From: Phaeosaccion multiseriatum
Taxonomy: Eukaryota; Protista; Ochrophyta, other classes
Direction: 5' to 3'
Length of the DNA: 64,000 nucleotides
Assembly (NCBI GenBank): GCA_965112735.1
Contig: OZ218952.1
Coordinates: forward strand, 1,054,001 to 1,118,000
Position numbers and translations under genes: made by a program. This document shows positions 11,975 through 25,126 of this stretch, piece by piece (within the stretch, counting starts at the first letter, position 1; the number at the start of each line of letters is the position of its first letter). The notes below the pieces were generated by a model, which saw only the letters and a program-made list of their open reading frames with translations, did not search any database and was not told where the DNA came from.

Positions 11975-14111
11975 TGAAGCACTGATTTGTTTTTCCGCAC
12001 TTACACGGAACATCTGTAACTGGGCAAGACGGCCCGACACGACACACTACACTCGTTCAACATACTATTGACGTATCATTAATTCATGAAATATTTCTCT
12101 TGTCTGCCACACGACCGCAACGACAATAAAAAGGTGATGAATGACGAAGGAAGCAGAGGCGACGCCCACATGCAAGCCGTCAGCGAGCAGCTCCGACGGC
12201 AGCTGGCGACGGACAAGTGTGTGGTGATGCGCGGCCTGCGCAAGACCTTCAAGTCGCCCACCACAGGGGCAGAGTTTGAGGCTGTGAAGGGGCTCGATAT
12301 GACCATGTACAGAGGACAGATCACAGCACTTTTGGGGCATAATGGCGCCGGCAAGACAACCACAATGAACATGCTGACGGGGATGGTGCCTGTCACGAGT
12401 GGGACGGGTTTGGTGCAAGGGTTGGACATCAATACCCAAATGGCGACGATCCGGGGGGGGTTGGGGGTGTGCCCGCAGCACGACATTTTGTTCAACGAAT
12501 TGAGCGTGAGACAACACTTGAGGATGTATGCAACGTTCAAGGGAGTGCGTCCGGGCAAGGGGAAGGGCGAGATGGACGAGGAGGTAAGGAGGAGGGGGAG
12601 GGGAGGGGAGGGGAGGGGAGGGGAGGGGAGAGGAGAGGAGAGGAGGGGAGAGGAGAGGAGAGGAGGGGAGGGGAGGGGAGGGGAGGGGAGGGGAGAGGAG
12701 GGGAGGGGAGAGGAGGGGAGGGGAGGGGAGAGGAGGGGAGAGGAGAGGAGAGGAGGGGATGGGAGGGGCAGAAGAGAATGTACAAACAACTTTGGGTAAC
12801 TGGGGCATCTGTGAGTACAGTGGGGTGCGGTGGGGAGTGGGTTATTCATGCATTGTCTATACACTTATGCTTTGGGGTAGAATCAAACTTTCATCACTTC
12901 TTGCTCTCTTACGTGCCCCTTTTGTCTTACTTATTCCTGCGTAGTACCTCTATCTCTCTGTCACTTACATCTTCCCTATTTTCTTGTCCCCCTTTGCTTC
13001 GCGTTTGGTTTGTATTCCTTTCCTTTGCTTTGCTTGGCTTAAATATACTATATATATAATATATTTCCAAGGTGGACGCCATGATCAAAGCGGTGGGGCT
13101 CACGGAGAAAACAATGGAGCGGACCGAGGGCCTCTCGGGAGGTCAGAAGCGCAAGCTCAGTGTGGCTATCGCCTTCATCGGGGGCAGTAAGGTGTGTGTC
13201 GTAAAGGGGGGTATACGCAAACATATACATACACGCACACACGCACACACACAATCTCTCTCTCTCTTTCTCTCTCTCTCACACACACTCTATCTTACTC
13301 TCTCACGCTCACGGTGTGTACTGTAACTTATGCAACTGCATAAACACCTGGCGTATCTCTGTTTCTCACTGACTTGTGTTTCACTGACTTATCTCAGACG
13401 GTTCTGCTGGACGAGCCCACGAGTGGGATGGACCCCTTTAGTCGGAGGTTCACTTGGAACGTGATTCGAAGGTGCGCGAAAGAGGTTCGGGGAGGGCAGA
13501 CTCACTCACTCACTCACTCACTCACTCACTCACTCACTCACTCACTCGCTCACTCGCGCACTCACTCATCCACTCACTCACTCACTCACTCACTCACTCA
13601 CTTACTCACTCACTCATTCACTCGCTCACTCGCTTACTCACTCATCCACTCACTCACGCACTCACTCACTCATCCACTCACTCACTCACTCACTCACTCA
13701 CTCACTCACTCATTTATTTGCAAACGATTTAACTACCGAGCCAGTTCGCTCTACAATACAACTCACTCACGCACTAATTCACTGAGGCACTCCCTCCCTC
13801 CCTCCCTCCCTCCCTCCCTCCCTCCCTCCCTCCCTCCCTCCCTCCCTCCCTCCCTCCCTCCCTCGCTCCTCTCCTTCCCTCCCACCCTCACTCCTCTCCC
13901 TCCCTACAGGTTCAGAGAGGGGCGAGTGATCGTTCTGACCACTCACTTCATGGACGAGGCGGACCTGCTTGGTGATCGCATTGCAATCATGGCCCACGGA
14001 GAGCTCAAATGCATGGGGTCAAGCCTCTTCCTCAAGAATCTCTATGGGGTGGGCTACAACTTTGTTCTCGTCAAGAAGGTGTGTGTGTGGGTGGGTGTGG
14101 GTAGGTGGGTG

Positions 14112-14161
<50 letters not shown>

Positions 14162-16925
14162 CATGTGTAAATGCATGTGTGTGTGTTTGTGTGTGTTAAC
14201 CCGCTCATACTCACCCCTCCAACCAACCAACCAATCTACCACACAACCAACCAACGAACCTCCCACCCAATAAAAACCCACCAACCCACCAACCAACCCA
14301 CCAACCAACCCACCAACCCACCAACCAACTAACCCACCAACCAACCAACCCATCAACCCACCAACCAACCAACCAACCCAAGGTGGAAGAGGACCAAAGC
14401 AAGGACGCCAACCAACGGGAGGAGCTCACTCGCCTCATCACTTCTCACGTGCCTCGGGCCAAGCTTGTCAGCAGCGTGGGGGCCGAGATGTCCTTCCAGC
14501 TGCCCACGGAATCAGCGAGCAAGTAAGGAGAACACAGGAGGGGAGGGAGGGAAGGAAGGAAGGAAGGAAGGAAGGAAGGAAGGAAGGAAGGAAGGGGGGG
14601 AGGGAGGGAGGGAGGAGGGAGGGAGGGAGGGAGGGAGGGAGGGAGGAAGAGAGGAACGCGGGAAGGACGGGAGGAAGGGAAGGTGGAGGGAGAGAGGAAG
14701 GTGGGAAGGAAGGAAGGGAGGGAGTAGGGAAGGAAGGAAACTCATGCCCCTTCCTCAGAAGCCTCTAAACTGAAACTGAAAGTGCGACATGAACTTGACC
14801 TTGAACATGAACATGAACTTGCTCCTTGACCACTGTGCAGGTTCGAAGGCATGCTGCTGGAGGTGGAGCAGAACATGGGCTCTCTTGACGTGACGAGTTA
14901 TGGAATGGGCATCACCACCTTGGAGGAGGTCTTCCTCAGGGTCGCCAGGTAAGAGTAGGAAGTTAATGGGAAGGAAGAGTACGTCAGTGGGGATTAAGTG
15001 TGGTGGATTGCCCTCCTACGTTCCTCACCTACCCACCTATCTGCCTACCTACGTACCTACATACCTACCTACCGACCTACCTACCTACCTACCTACCTAC
15101 CTACCTACCCACCGACCTACCTACGCACCTACGCACCTGCCTACCTACCTACCTACCTACCTACATACCTAACACCCCTACCCACCCACCCATCCACCCA
15201 CCTACTTACCTACCCACCTACCTACCTACCTACCCACCCACCTGTCTACCCACCCACGCACCTACCTACCTACCTACCCACCCACCTACCTACCCACCCA
15301 CCCACCTGCCCACCCACCTGTCCGCCCACTCCCCACCTACCTACCTACCTACCTACCCACCCACCTACAAACATATGCAATACACTGTAGGGGTGCGGCT
15401 GACGAAAACACGCAGAGCCTACGCAAGAGTCTGTCAGCGGCACAGGGGGAGGAGGAAAGCAAGAAGGACGAGGAAGCCTTGGTCAAGAGCAAGAGCAAAG
15501 GGTTGCGGGAGGAGACTTGTTCTGACGGGGTGAAGAAGCCCGGACCTCTGCCTGAGGGTGTGGACCCACAGCGAGCCGCTGCCAAGCCACTTGTCCTCAG
15601 CACGCAGCAGCGCTTCTGGAGACACAACAAGGCGCTGCTCGTGAAGAGATGTGAGTGAAGAGAGACGGGGGGGGGGGAGGGGGGGGAGACGAGAGAGAGA
15701 GGAGAGGGAGACAGAGGAGAAAGAGATGTCGAGTCCGGGGAGAGAGGGGTGGTGGGGGGGGGGGAGAAGAGAGAGAGAAGAGAGAGGAGAGGGAGAGAGG
15801 AGAGGGGAGAGAGAAGAGGGAGGTAGAGAGGAGGAGAGATAAGAGAGAGAGAGAGGTGGAGAAGAGAGGCACAAGCAGGCCCTGCTCGTCGACAGCTGAG
15901 AGTCGATGGAGTCTCGCGGTCGCTTCTGTTCAAGGAAGGGGCTCTTGGTGTTAATTGTGCCGCTCACAAAAATGCTTCCCTCCCTCCCTCCCTCTTCCTC
16001 GCCCCTCCCTTCCTCCCTCCCCTCTTTCCCTCCCTCTCTCCCTCCCACCCTTCCTCCCTCCCTCCCTCCCACCCACCCACCCTCCCTCCCTCCATCTCTC
16101 CCCCTCGCTCCACCCAACGGTTACGGTCAACAGTCGTGACGTTCAAGAGAGACCGTAAAGCCTTGTGCTTCGCCATTTTCGCCCCCGCCTTCTTCATCCT
16201 GATGGGCATGTTGATCCTCCTCCTCACCGCGACCAAGGACCAGCCTCGACTGGAGCTCAGGCTGGCGGCGGATTACAATTCAGACCTCCCCCTAGCCGAG
16301 CGCATCCCTCTCATGTACCCGGAGGCGACTTGTATGGACGAGACAGCGGTGTGCGACATTGATGACTTTGTGGCTGCGCTTCCCACCGAGGAAAGGGAGG
16401 GATCGGGAGGGACAGCAACAACACCGTTGGGTATAGCGCTGGAGCCGCGTGATGCCGTGGAGGGCGGCAGTGATGCGGTAGAGAGTCTCGCCACCCTCCT
16501 TCTTGCCGAGCAGGTCGACTTGGAGGCCTCTCGCTACGCCGCCTTCACCTTCGAGGAGCTCGACAACGACGACACGGAAACCCTCGTGGCGGATGTGAAT
16601 GTGCTGTGTAACTACACCGCCCTACACGCCGCCCCTACCTACCTCAACCTTGTGGGCAACACCGTGCTGCGTATGGTGACGGGCACGGAGGAGGTGGGCG
16701 AGGGAGAGGCCTCTATAAGTGTGGCCATGCATCCCTTCGCCAGGACTAAGTATGAGAAGGAGTTCGACAGAGAGGCGGACTCCCTCTCCACAATCATCTT
16801 CACGTGCGTGTGTGTGCGTGTGTGTGTTTGCGTGTGTTTGCGTGTGGGTGTGTTGTGTGCGTGTGTATGTGTGGGCGTGGGTGTATGTGTGGGGGGGGGG
16901 GGCGGGGGGGGCGTATGGGCACGTC

Positions 16926-16990
<65 letters not shown>

Positions 16991-18245
16991 ATGCGTGCGT
17001 GGACGTGTGTGTGCGCGTGTCGCCCCCCCTCCCGACCTGAGTAAGTGCTCAACCTGCTCAACCATTCAATTGTCGTGGCTAGAGATGCCCTAGCGCCAAC
17101 AGCCCCGCCCCCTGTCTGCTCTCCTCCCCCCTCCCTTTCCGACCCTCGACCCCCCCTCAAATCCCCCCCCCCCCCCCCCATCCACTGCCATCCCCTTGCA
17201 CCCGCTCACTGCATACACAGCCTGCTGGGCTTCGCCTTCATCCCTGCTGCCTGGGCGGGATTCGTGGTTCGTGAACGAGAGAATCGCAGTAAACACCAGC
17301 AGATTGTGAGCGGGGTGTCGCGTATGGCCTACTGGACTTCCACCTACTTGTGGGACGTGGGGGTGTTCCTCTTCACACCTTGCTTCGCGCTGGCCCTGCT
17401 CTCGGCCTTTGACACGAGCGCGCTCTTTAAAGGCGGTGCTGCTTGGCCCCTGGCCCTTCTCTTCTTCCTCTTCGGCCCCGCTTCAGCGGGCTTCACCTAC
17501 ACCACGTCCTTCTACTTCAGGTTCGTGTTTCCGTGTTTGGTGATGTGGTTCTTCGTTCGTACGTGCCATCTGTGATGTGATGCTGTGGGATTTGAAAGTT
17601 GTGTCCGACCCCGCTCTGAGCTGTGAGAGAGTGAAACGAAACTTAAACTAGGGAATGATGTCCAACAACCCACCCTTATTAACTCAATAACCCCCCCCCT
17701 CCCTCTCCCTCCCTTCTCTCTATTCCCTCAGGTCCTATGCCTCCAGCATGACGGCAACGCTGATCATGAACTGGGTGCTCGGTCTCGTGTTCGGTCTCGT
17801 TTCTTTCATCCTCCTCATCCTCCCCTCGAGCCGCAAGTACATCAGGATCATTCGCTGGTGAGTGAGTGAGTGAGTGAGTGAGTGAGTGAGTAAGTGAGTG
17901 AGTGAGTGAGTGACTGAGTGACTGAGTGACTGAGTAAGTAAGTGAGTGAGTGAGTGAGTGAGTGAGTGAGTGAGTGAGTGAGTGAGTGAGTGAGTCCGTG
18001 AGTCCGTGAGTGAATGAGTGAGTGAGTGAGTGAGTGAGTCCGTGAGTGAATGAGTGAGTGAGTCAGTGAGAGTAATTGAGTCACTGAGTGAGTGAGTCTG
18101 TGAGTGAGTTAAGAATCACCCCCTTGTTCACGTACTGTCCTTTTTCTTAAAACTCTTGCTCCCCTCCCTCCCTCTCTCCCTTCCGCGGACTTACTCACTC
18201 CCGATCCACTGACTATTCATCACTTCCACTGACTCCATTTCCTTC

Positions 18246-18282
<37 letters not shown>

Positions 18283-19449
18283 GTAACCTATGGCCAGGAT
18301 TCTTCGCATCCTCCCGCCCTTCGCATTGGCTGAGGGCATGTTCAACATCGGCACTCGCCAAATCCTCGCCTTTATCTACGGAGTGCAGAGCCTAAGTCCT
18401 TGGGACATGAACGTGGCAGGAGCAGATATTCTCTACCTCGCCGCTGAGAGTGAGTGTTTGGAGGGGAAGGAGGAGTAGAGGGAAGGGAGGGAGAGAGGAA
18501 GGGAAGGAGTCGAGTGATTTGTAACAGAGCAGGGAGGGAGAAGGGGGAGTGGAGAGAAAAGGGAAGGGAAGGAGGGGAAGGAGGGACTGTCTCTCTCAAA
18601 AGTCTCAGGTGGAGAACAATGACCTTAAGTTCACCCCCATCTCCTCTCCCCTTCCCTCCCCCCTCTCCCCCCATGCAGTCGTCATCTACTTCTTCACCAC
18701 CATTGGCTTGGAGTTCTTCCTCTCAGGCACGGGCACTGTCTCCTCCTTCTTTTCCGGCCTCACCCTCAACAGAAGAATCGCCAAACAGGATCCCAAAGAG
18801 TTGTGGGATGGAGACTTGTTACAACAGCAACAACAGTTGGCGACGATTACGACGGAAAACAACACGACGAGTGGCGAAGACGAGGACGTGGTGGCCGAGC
18901 GTAAGCGGGTAATGGCGATGAATGAGGCCCTGAGTGGTGAACACTACCCATGGAGAGGGGAGGGGAGTGCAGTGGAGCGGGTTGAGGAGGGTATGGGAGG
19001 TAAGGTTGACCTCGGGCCGGACGGGAAGGGCGACGTCATCTCCATCAATGGGCTGCGCAAGGTGAGCGTGATTTGTTTTTGGGACGAAGAAGATTACGGT
19101 GGTGGTGGTGTAGCAGTTGGTGGTACACGGCTCAAATTTGCTTCTTTTCGCTTGGTGTGTGTGTGTGCGTGCGTGTGTGTGTGCGTGCGTGTGTGCGCGC
19201 GTCCCCTCAGGCATACCCCAGGGCGGACGGAGGCTTGAAGGTTGCCGTGCGGAATCAGTGGCTGGGCATCCCCAAGGGGGAGGTGTTTGGTTTGCTGGGC
19301 ATCAATGGGGCAGGTGAGGAACTTGGTGATACACAGAGGGAGGGAGGGAAGGAGGGAGGGAGGGACCTCTTGCTGCTCACGTCCGCTCACCCTATCACTC
19401 ACTCCCCACCCACCCACCCACTCACCCACACACTCACCCACCCATACAC

Positions 19450-19485
<36 letters not shown>

Positions 19486-22400
19486 CTATATGCTCTACCC
19501 ACACAGGCAAAACCACGACTTTGGGCATGCTCTCTGGAGAGGTGATGCCTACCGAAGGGAGGGGTTTCCTCGCCGGCATTGACGTGTCCAAGCACCCCGA
19601 CCAAGTCCATCGCCTCATCGGTTACTGCCCTCAATTCGACGCCCTCTTTCATACCATGACGGCACGGGAGCACCTCACCCTCTATGCGAACATCAAGGTG
19701 AGTGTGTTGGTGATACAAAGGGTGGGAGGGAGGAGGGGAGGGGGGGAGGGGGGGGGGGAGAGAGGGAGAGAGAGGGATGGAGGGAGAGAGGGGTAGAGGG
19801 GTCAACGTTTTTTTTCCTCCTCCCCACCCATACCCCATACCTTATACCCCATAACCCATACTCTATACCCTATACCCTATACCCCATACACTACACCCCC
19901 ATACCCTATACCCCATATCGTATACCCTATACCCTATACCCTATACCCCATACCCTATACCCCATAACCCATACCTTATACCCTATACCCCATACACTAC
20001 ACCGCCATACCCGTTGCTGCCCATACCATCTCCTCCCCCTCGTCACTCACTTGACGACTCCCTCTTTATGCCCAACACACGAATGAATGACCAACACGCG
20101 AATGCAGGGCATTCCCCCGGACTGTGTGGAGGATGTGGTGAGCGCCAAGATTGTGCAAATGGACTTGAGTCTGTATGCGGACAAGCTGGCGGGCGGGTAC
20201 AGCGGAGGAAATAGGAGGAAGCTGTCCGTGGCCATTGCCATGATCGGCAGGTGAGCAGCAGCAGTTGGTGATACAGCAGCAGCAGCAGCAGGAGAGACGA
20301 CGAAAATACTGTGCTGACACGCGTTCTGTTTTTCTTTCCTCACTCTCTCCCCTCCCCCCCCTCCCCCCCTCTCTTCTCTCTCCCTCTCCCTCTCCCCCCC
20401 TCTATCTTCTCTCTCTTTCCCTCTCCCTCTCTCTCTCGTTCTCTCTCTCTCTCTCTCCCTCCCTCTCTCTCCCTCCCTCTCTCTCTTCTCTCTCTCTCCC
20501 TCTCTCTCTCCCCCCCTCTCTCTTCTCCCTCTCTCTCTCTCCCCGTGTGATAGTCCCGAGTTGGTGATGCTTGACGAACCGTCCACAGGCGTGGACCCAG
20601 TGGCGAGGCGCTTCATGTGAGTGACTGGCTGGTGGTGGGTAGAGAGGCATACGGGGCAATGTGCAGAGGGGTAGAGGCTTGGGTTATTATTGACTTGATC
20701 AATTCCATGGAGGGGGGCAACAGAGCAAAGACAGAGCAGACAGCCGCGCCCCCCTCCACGGACTTTCTTTTACGCCTCATTTCCTCCCCTTCCTTCCCAC
20801 CCCACTCCCCCCTCCCTTCCCCCCCCCTCTCCCCCCCCTCCCCTCCCCTCCCTGCCCCTCCCCCCCCTCCCCCACTGCTGAAGGTGGGAGGTGATATCTC
20901 AAGTGGTAACGGCAAACAAGGAGGCCGCCCTCGTGCTCACCACTCACAGGTGCGACGACGCACACATCCATCCACGCGTGTTGGTGCTGTGTGTACTGAC
21001 CACCGCCGTTTCTATGTTGGCATTTGCTCAGTCTGACCTCTCCCTCTCTCTCTCCCTCCCCCCCCCGCCCCCGCCGTGCGTCGTGCTTATCTCGGGACGT
21101 TTCTCTCATCACGTCCCTGACGCCACCCCCTCCGCCCCCCTGCCCCTGCCCTATGCAATGCCCCTGCCCCTGCCCTATGCAATGCCCCTGCCCCTGCCCT
21201 ATGCAATGCTCCTGCCCCTGCCCTATGCAATGCCCCTGCCCCTGTCCCTGCCCTATGCAATGCCTCTGCCCTATGGCAATGAATGATAATGAATGATATG
21301 CCCATGCTTTAGCATGGAGGAGTGTGAGGCGCTGTGCCAGCGTATCGGCATCATGGTGGGGGGAAGGCTCAAGTGCCTCGGAAGTGCTCAACATCTCAAG
21401 TCGCGCTTCGGCCAGGGGTACCAACTTGAGATCACAGGTATTATGTTTCAGACACGTCCATATTTGTCCAACTGGACCACCTCTCCCTCCTCCTCTCCCC
21501 TTCTGCCTCTCCCTTCCTCTCCCTCGTGCCATCCCCTCCCCCTCCTCTCCCTCCGCCGACTGACTGGAAGACTGAACAGTACCTCCCCCCCCCCCCCTCC
21601 GCTGTGAATGCATATCCCATCCATCCATTTTGACGGCAGTCAACGAACCCACGGAACAAGAGGTTCTGCAGGAATCGGAACAGCTCTGGACCGCCGCCGG
21701 AGCCCCCCGGGGGGGCTTCAAGGAAGACCACGAGTTGAAGAGCGATGAAGTGACCCGCGCACTCACTCGTCACCCAATCCTCGCTCCTTCCATCTGCCCG
21801 GGAGGGGAGGGCAATGAGATTTACGAGGTGAGCCCCTGCCCTCGCCTCCCCTCCCCTCCCCTCTTCTCCCCTCCCCTCCCCTAAGAAAGCGTGGAGGAGG
21901 GGGGGGGAAGGGTGCAGGCAGCCCATCACTTCACTCCGTACTCCATGTGCCGCTGTCCCCTCTCTTCCATGTCTGCCCCGTCCGTCTCTCTCACCTCTCA
22001 CCACCTCTTGTCCTCTCGCTCCTCCCCCTCCATCCCTCCCTCCCTCCCTCCATCCCTCCCTCCTCCCTCCCTCCCTCCCTCCCTCCCTCCCTCCCTCCCT
22101 CCCTCCCTCCCTCCTCCCTCCCTCCTCCCTCCCGCCTTCCTCCCCCCTCCCTACTCCCTCCCTCCCCCCTCCCCCCTCTCTCCTGCTGCTCTGGACGGCC
22201 ACTGCTATGCCCTGCAGGAGTTGTCTAACTACGGCTCCACGAAGGTGCTGGACCTTGCTACCTGGTGCCTGGTTGAGCTTCGCGTCAACAGGGTCAAGGC
22301 CTTTATGCTCGGAGGAAGTGACCTCATCGGCTGCAGCGTCTTGGTGAGGACACACACCCAAACACACCCAAACACACCCAAACACACACATACACACACA

Positions 22401-23309
22401 CACACACATGCACACCAAGCGCCCATCCACCCACCCACTGACCCACTTGGTCTCTGCTCCTACTTGGACTGTACCACCAACAGGAGAAGCAAAAGGGCAA
22501 GGTCCGCTTCCTCATCCCCAAGCAGCCCGATCTCAGTCTCGGGTCCATCTTTGGAATTGTGGAGAGGAGTCACACAGAGCTTGGTGTGAATGAGTACTCA
22601 CTCGGTAAGGGGGTAACCGCTCTCTCTCTCTCTCTCTCTCTCTCTTCCTCTCTCTGTCACTACCTCTCCTGCCCCCCCCCTTTCTCTCTCTATCACTCTC
22701 TCTCTCCTTCCTCTCTTGTCTCTTTCTGTCACTCACTCACGCTCTTTCTCTCTCCGCCTCACTCTCTCACTCTCTCTCTTTCTCTCTCTTTCCTTTTCAT
22801 GTGTACTCTCGCAGGTCAAACATCCCTGGAGCAAATCTTCAACGGCTTCGCAAGCCAGCAAGTAAGCACAGGCACCTCTTCCCCACTCACTCACTCACGC
22901 ACTCAGTCACTCACTCACTCACTCACTCACTGCCTCACTCACTCACTCACTCACTGCCTCACTCACTCACTCACTCACTCAGTCACCCACCCACTCACTC
23001 ACTCACTCACTCACTCACCCAATCACTCACTCACTCACTCACTCACTCACTCACTTACCCTCCCACGCACGCACGCACTCACGCACCCACTCACTCACCC
23101 ACCCACTCGCCGTCCTTTGTGCTGCACACTTTGATGCTTAAAAGAACGAGGAGAAGGCAACTGCCCCTGGGCTTGGCCAAGTAGTGGGGGGGGCATTGCC
23201 GGCATCTCCTGATTCCACCAACAGTGTCAAGGCCACCGCCCGTTCCAGCACCGGTGCGGGTCGGGCAACGGCTGTGGTGGCTCCGTCGGAGGAGAAGGAG
23301 GAAGGGTAG
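6484..23309 (+). CDS. Full-length ABC transporter subfamily A (ABCA1-like), roughly 25-30 exons
   Basis: N-terminal [21 protein letters not shown]; [15 protein letters not shown]; NBD1 GHNGAGKTT (~12335), LSGGQKRKL (~13132), [11 protein letters not shown] (~13403), [16 protein letters not shown] (~13935); second [20 protein letters not shown]; NBD2 GINGA|GKTT (split by intron 19314-19506), YSGGNRRKL (~20198), [11 protein letters not shown] (~20567); C-terminal [12 protein letters not shown]; last exon 23145-23309. Some 5' exon joins (7.1-7.5 kb) are unresolved. Confidence 0.93.
11440..11733. repeat. 19-bp minisatellite (ACACCTCTACCCTACCCTG)n, about 15 copies, in an ABCA intron
   Basis: Directly visible tandem units. 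Confidence 0.95.
13500..13865. repeat. (CACT)n followed by (CCCT)n microsatellites in an ABCA intron
   Basis: Directly visible. Confidence 0.95.
14218..14380. repeat. (CCAA)n microsatellite in an ABCA intron
   Basis: Directly visible. Confidence 0.9.
15015..15368. repeat. (CCTA/CCCA)n microsatellite in an ABCA intron
   Basis: Directly visible. Confidence 0.9.
17858..18110. repeat. (GAGT)n microsatellite beginning at an ABCA splice donor
   Basis: The GTGAGT donor at 17858 continues as about 250 bp of GAGT units. Confidence 0.95.
19829..20012. repeat. Degenerate 7-mer array (ATACCCT/ATACCCC)n in an ABCA intron
   Basis: Directly visible; the reverse strand reads TATAGGG/TATGGGG. Confidence 0.85.
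21137..21281. repeat. 24-bp minisatellite (CCCCTGCCCCTGCCCTATGCAATG)n in an ABCA intron
   Basis: About 5-6 copies visible. Confidence 0.9.
22884..23108. repeat. (CACT)n microsatellite in the last ABCA intron
   Basis: Directly visible. Confidence 0.9.
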
Positions 23310-24131
23310 GGAGGGTAGGGAGGGGAGGGAGGGGAGGGAGGGGAGGGAGGGTAGGGAGGGTAGGGAGGGGAGACCGCGGTGGTGCTTGGGGGGAGTGGAA
23401 GGAGGCGGTACCCAAGCTTGGGAGGAGGGAGCGGGCATGGTGTAGTGGTGTAGCAAGAGGAAAGGTATGGGAGGAGGTAGCGGCCATGGTGTAGTGGTGT
23501 AGCAAGAGGAAAGGGCTTGGGAGGAGGGAGCGGGCATGGTGTAGCAAGAGGAAAGGTACAACACTTTGGGTTACCCTCCCTCTCCTCTTGGAAGCGATGG
23601 TGTGGTGTGGTGGGGGTGTGTGGGTGTGCTCGGTGTTGAAACACATTTTTGCGTCGTGTATCGTACTATTATGACGTACTTTTATTAGGCTGCTTAATTA
23701 GTGTTGCCACGGTATCACTAAAAGTACTGTCAACAGCTGGTGTATCATATATGGGTGAGTATGCGCGAGGGAGGGGAAGGGAAGGAAAGGAAAGGAAAGG
23801 AAGGAAGGAAGGGAAAGGAAAGGAAAGGAAAGGAAAGGAAAGGAAATGCTACTTGATCGTGTAGGATGCGTACTTCAGAATTGTTAGTGAGTAAGTGAGG
23901 GTGTGTTGGGGTGGGGTGGGGGGTGGGGTGGGGCCCATGCTCATGCAATGCTGTACCCCAAACGCAGGGCATGTCCTTGTAGGGGAGAACGAGAACGACA
24001 AGAGTAATACGTTAAAGGATATGTAGGTGAGAGAAGGGAAGCACAGCCATCGAGAGACGGCCAAATGCTTCACAAGCACAGCGATTGAGAGACGGCCAAA
24101 TGCTCTTCTTTTAACAGTTTTACCTTGTGCC

Positions 24132-24208
24132 ATTCTGGCGTGTCCACTTTTAAGAATTACAATCAACTAATTCTGGCGTGTCCACTTTTAAGAATTACAA
24201 TCAACTAA
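24132..24208. repeat. Perfect 38-bp tandem duplication, intergenic
   Basis: TTCTGGCGTGTCCACTTTTAAGAATTACAATCAACTAA at 24133 and 24171. Confidence 0.95.
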
Positions 24209-24614
24209 ATTGTAAAACAAATAAAAAAAAATCCCCCCCCCCCCCCCCATTTGTCTTTAATTCAAACAGAGTCGTAATTACCCTATTCACAACCATGGTG
24301 GTGGTGGTGGGGGGGGGGTGGGGCACCACGCTGTGTTGGCATAAAGAGCCTGTACACAAGCAACAGAAGCAAATGAAACCCCCCTGCCTGCAGCCCTCCA
24401 AATATCAAAGCAAAGGGTGTGAGCTAAAGCAAAGGATGTGAGCTCTCATCCTTCCAAACCTCCCACTACTCCCTGCCAGCCAACGCAGGGCCGACGACGG
24501 CGAACGACCACTTGCTCAAGGCCCTTGATTGCTTGCCTCGCTTCGCTCTCACGCGTCGCTGCACTTGATTGCTTCTCACTCTCACGCCGCATGCACCACC
24601 TGCCCCTCCGCAAC

Positions 24615-24700
24615 CCCACAGCCTGGTGTCAGCTGCACTCCCACAGCCTGGTGTCAGCTGCACTCCCACAGCCTGGTGTCAGCTGCACTCCCACAGCCTG
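24615..24700. repeat. 25-bp tandem repeat (CCCACAGCCTGGTGTCAGCTGCACT) x~3.5
   Basis: Period of 25 (GCCTG at 24621, 24646, 24671, 24696). Confidence 0.95.
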
Positions 24701-25126
24701 TTGACTTCGCCGAGAGGTGATATTCGATATTCGAGAAGAAAGAAGCGAATGAGCCGAGGTGCTTCCCGCGGGGTCGTCCGGTCAGCCGGCAGCAGCAGTC
24801 AGCTCAGTGAGGAGCCGAGGCCTGGGGCTGGCCTCGCAATACCCAGCACAGCGAGAAGAGTCGCCCGTGTTGTACGAGTCCTCGCTTGGACTGGGCCACG
24901 GTAGCGACTCAAGACCACTACAACTACTATAACTCGTTTACTTTGCAGGGCAGTCGCGAGCTACTGCTCTATGAGTACTGCTGTTCCTGCTGCTGGTGGT
25001 ATGGAATTGTCCTCCTTCCCCTTTCAAGCCCCCACCCCCCCGTGCTGCCGAAAGAGCTGCCGAAAGAGCTGCCGAAAGAGCTGAGCGATGCACCCAAGAA
25101 GAGGGAGTCCCAGAACCAGATGTATG

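Noticed and set aside
20560-20570. One-mismatch motif variants GTTGGTGATGC in exons (20560, ~31444, ~50630)
   Set aside because: They can be explained by ordinary codons (ELVM, VGDA), so they were not counted in the motif tally.
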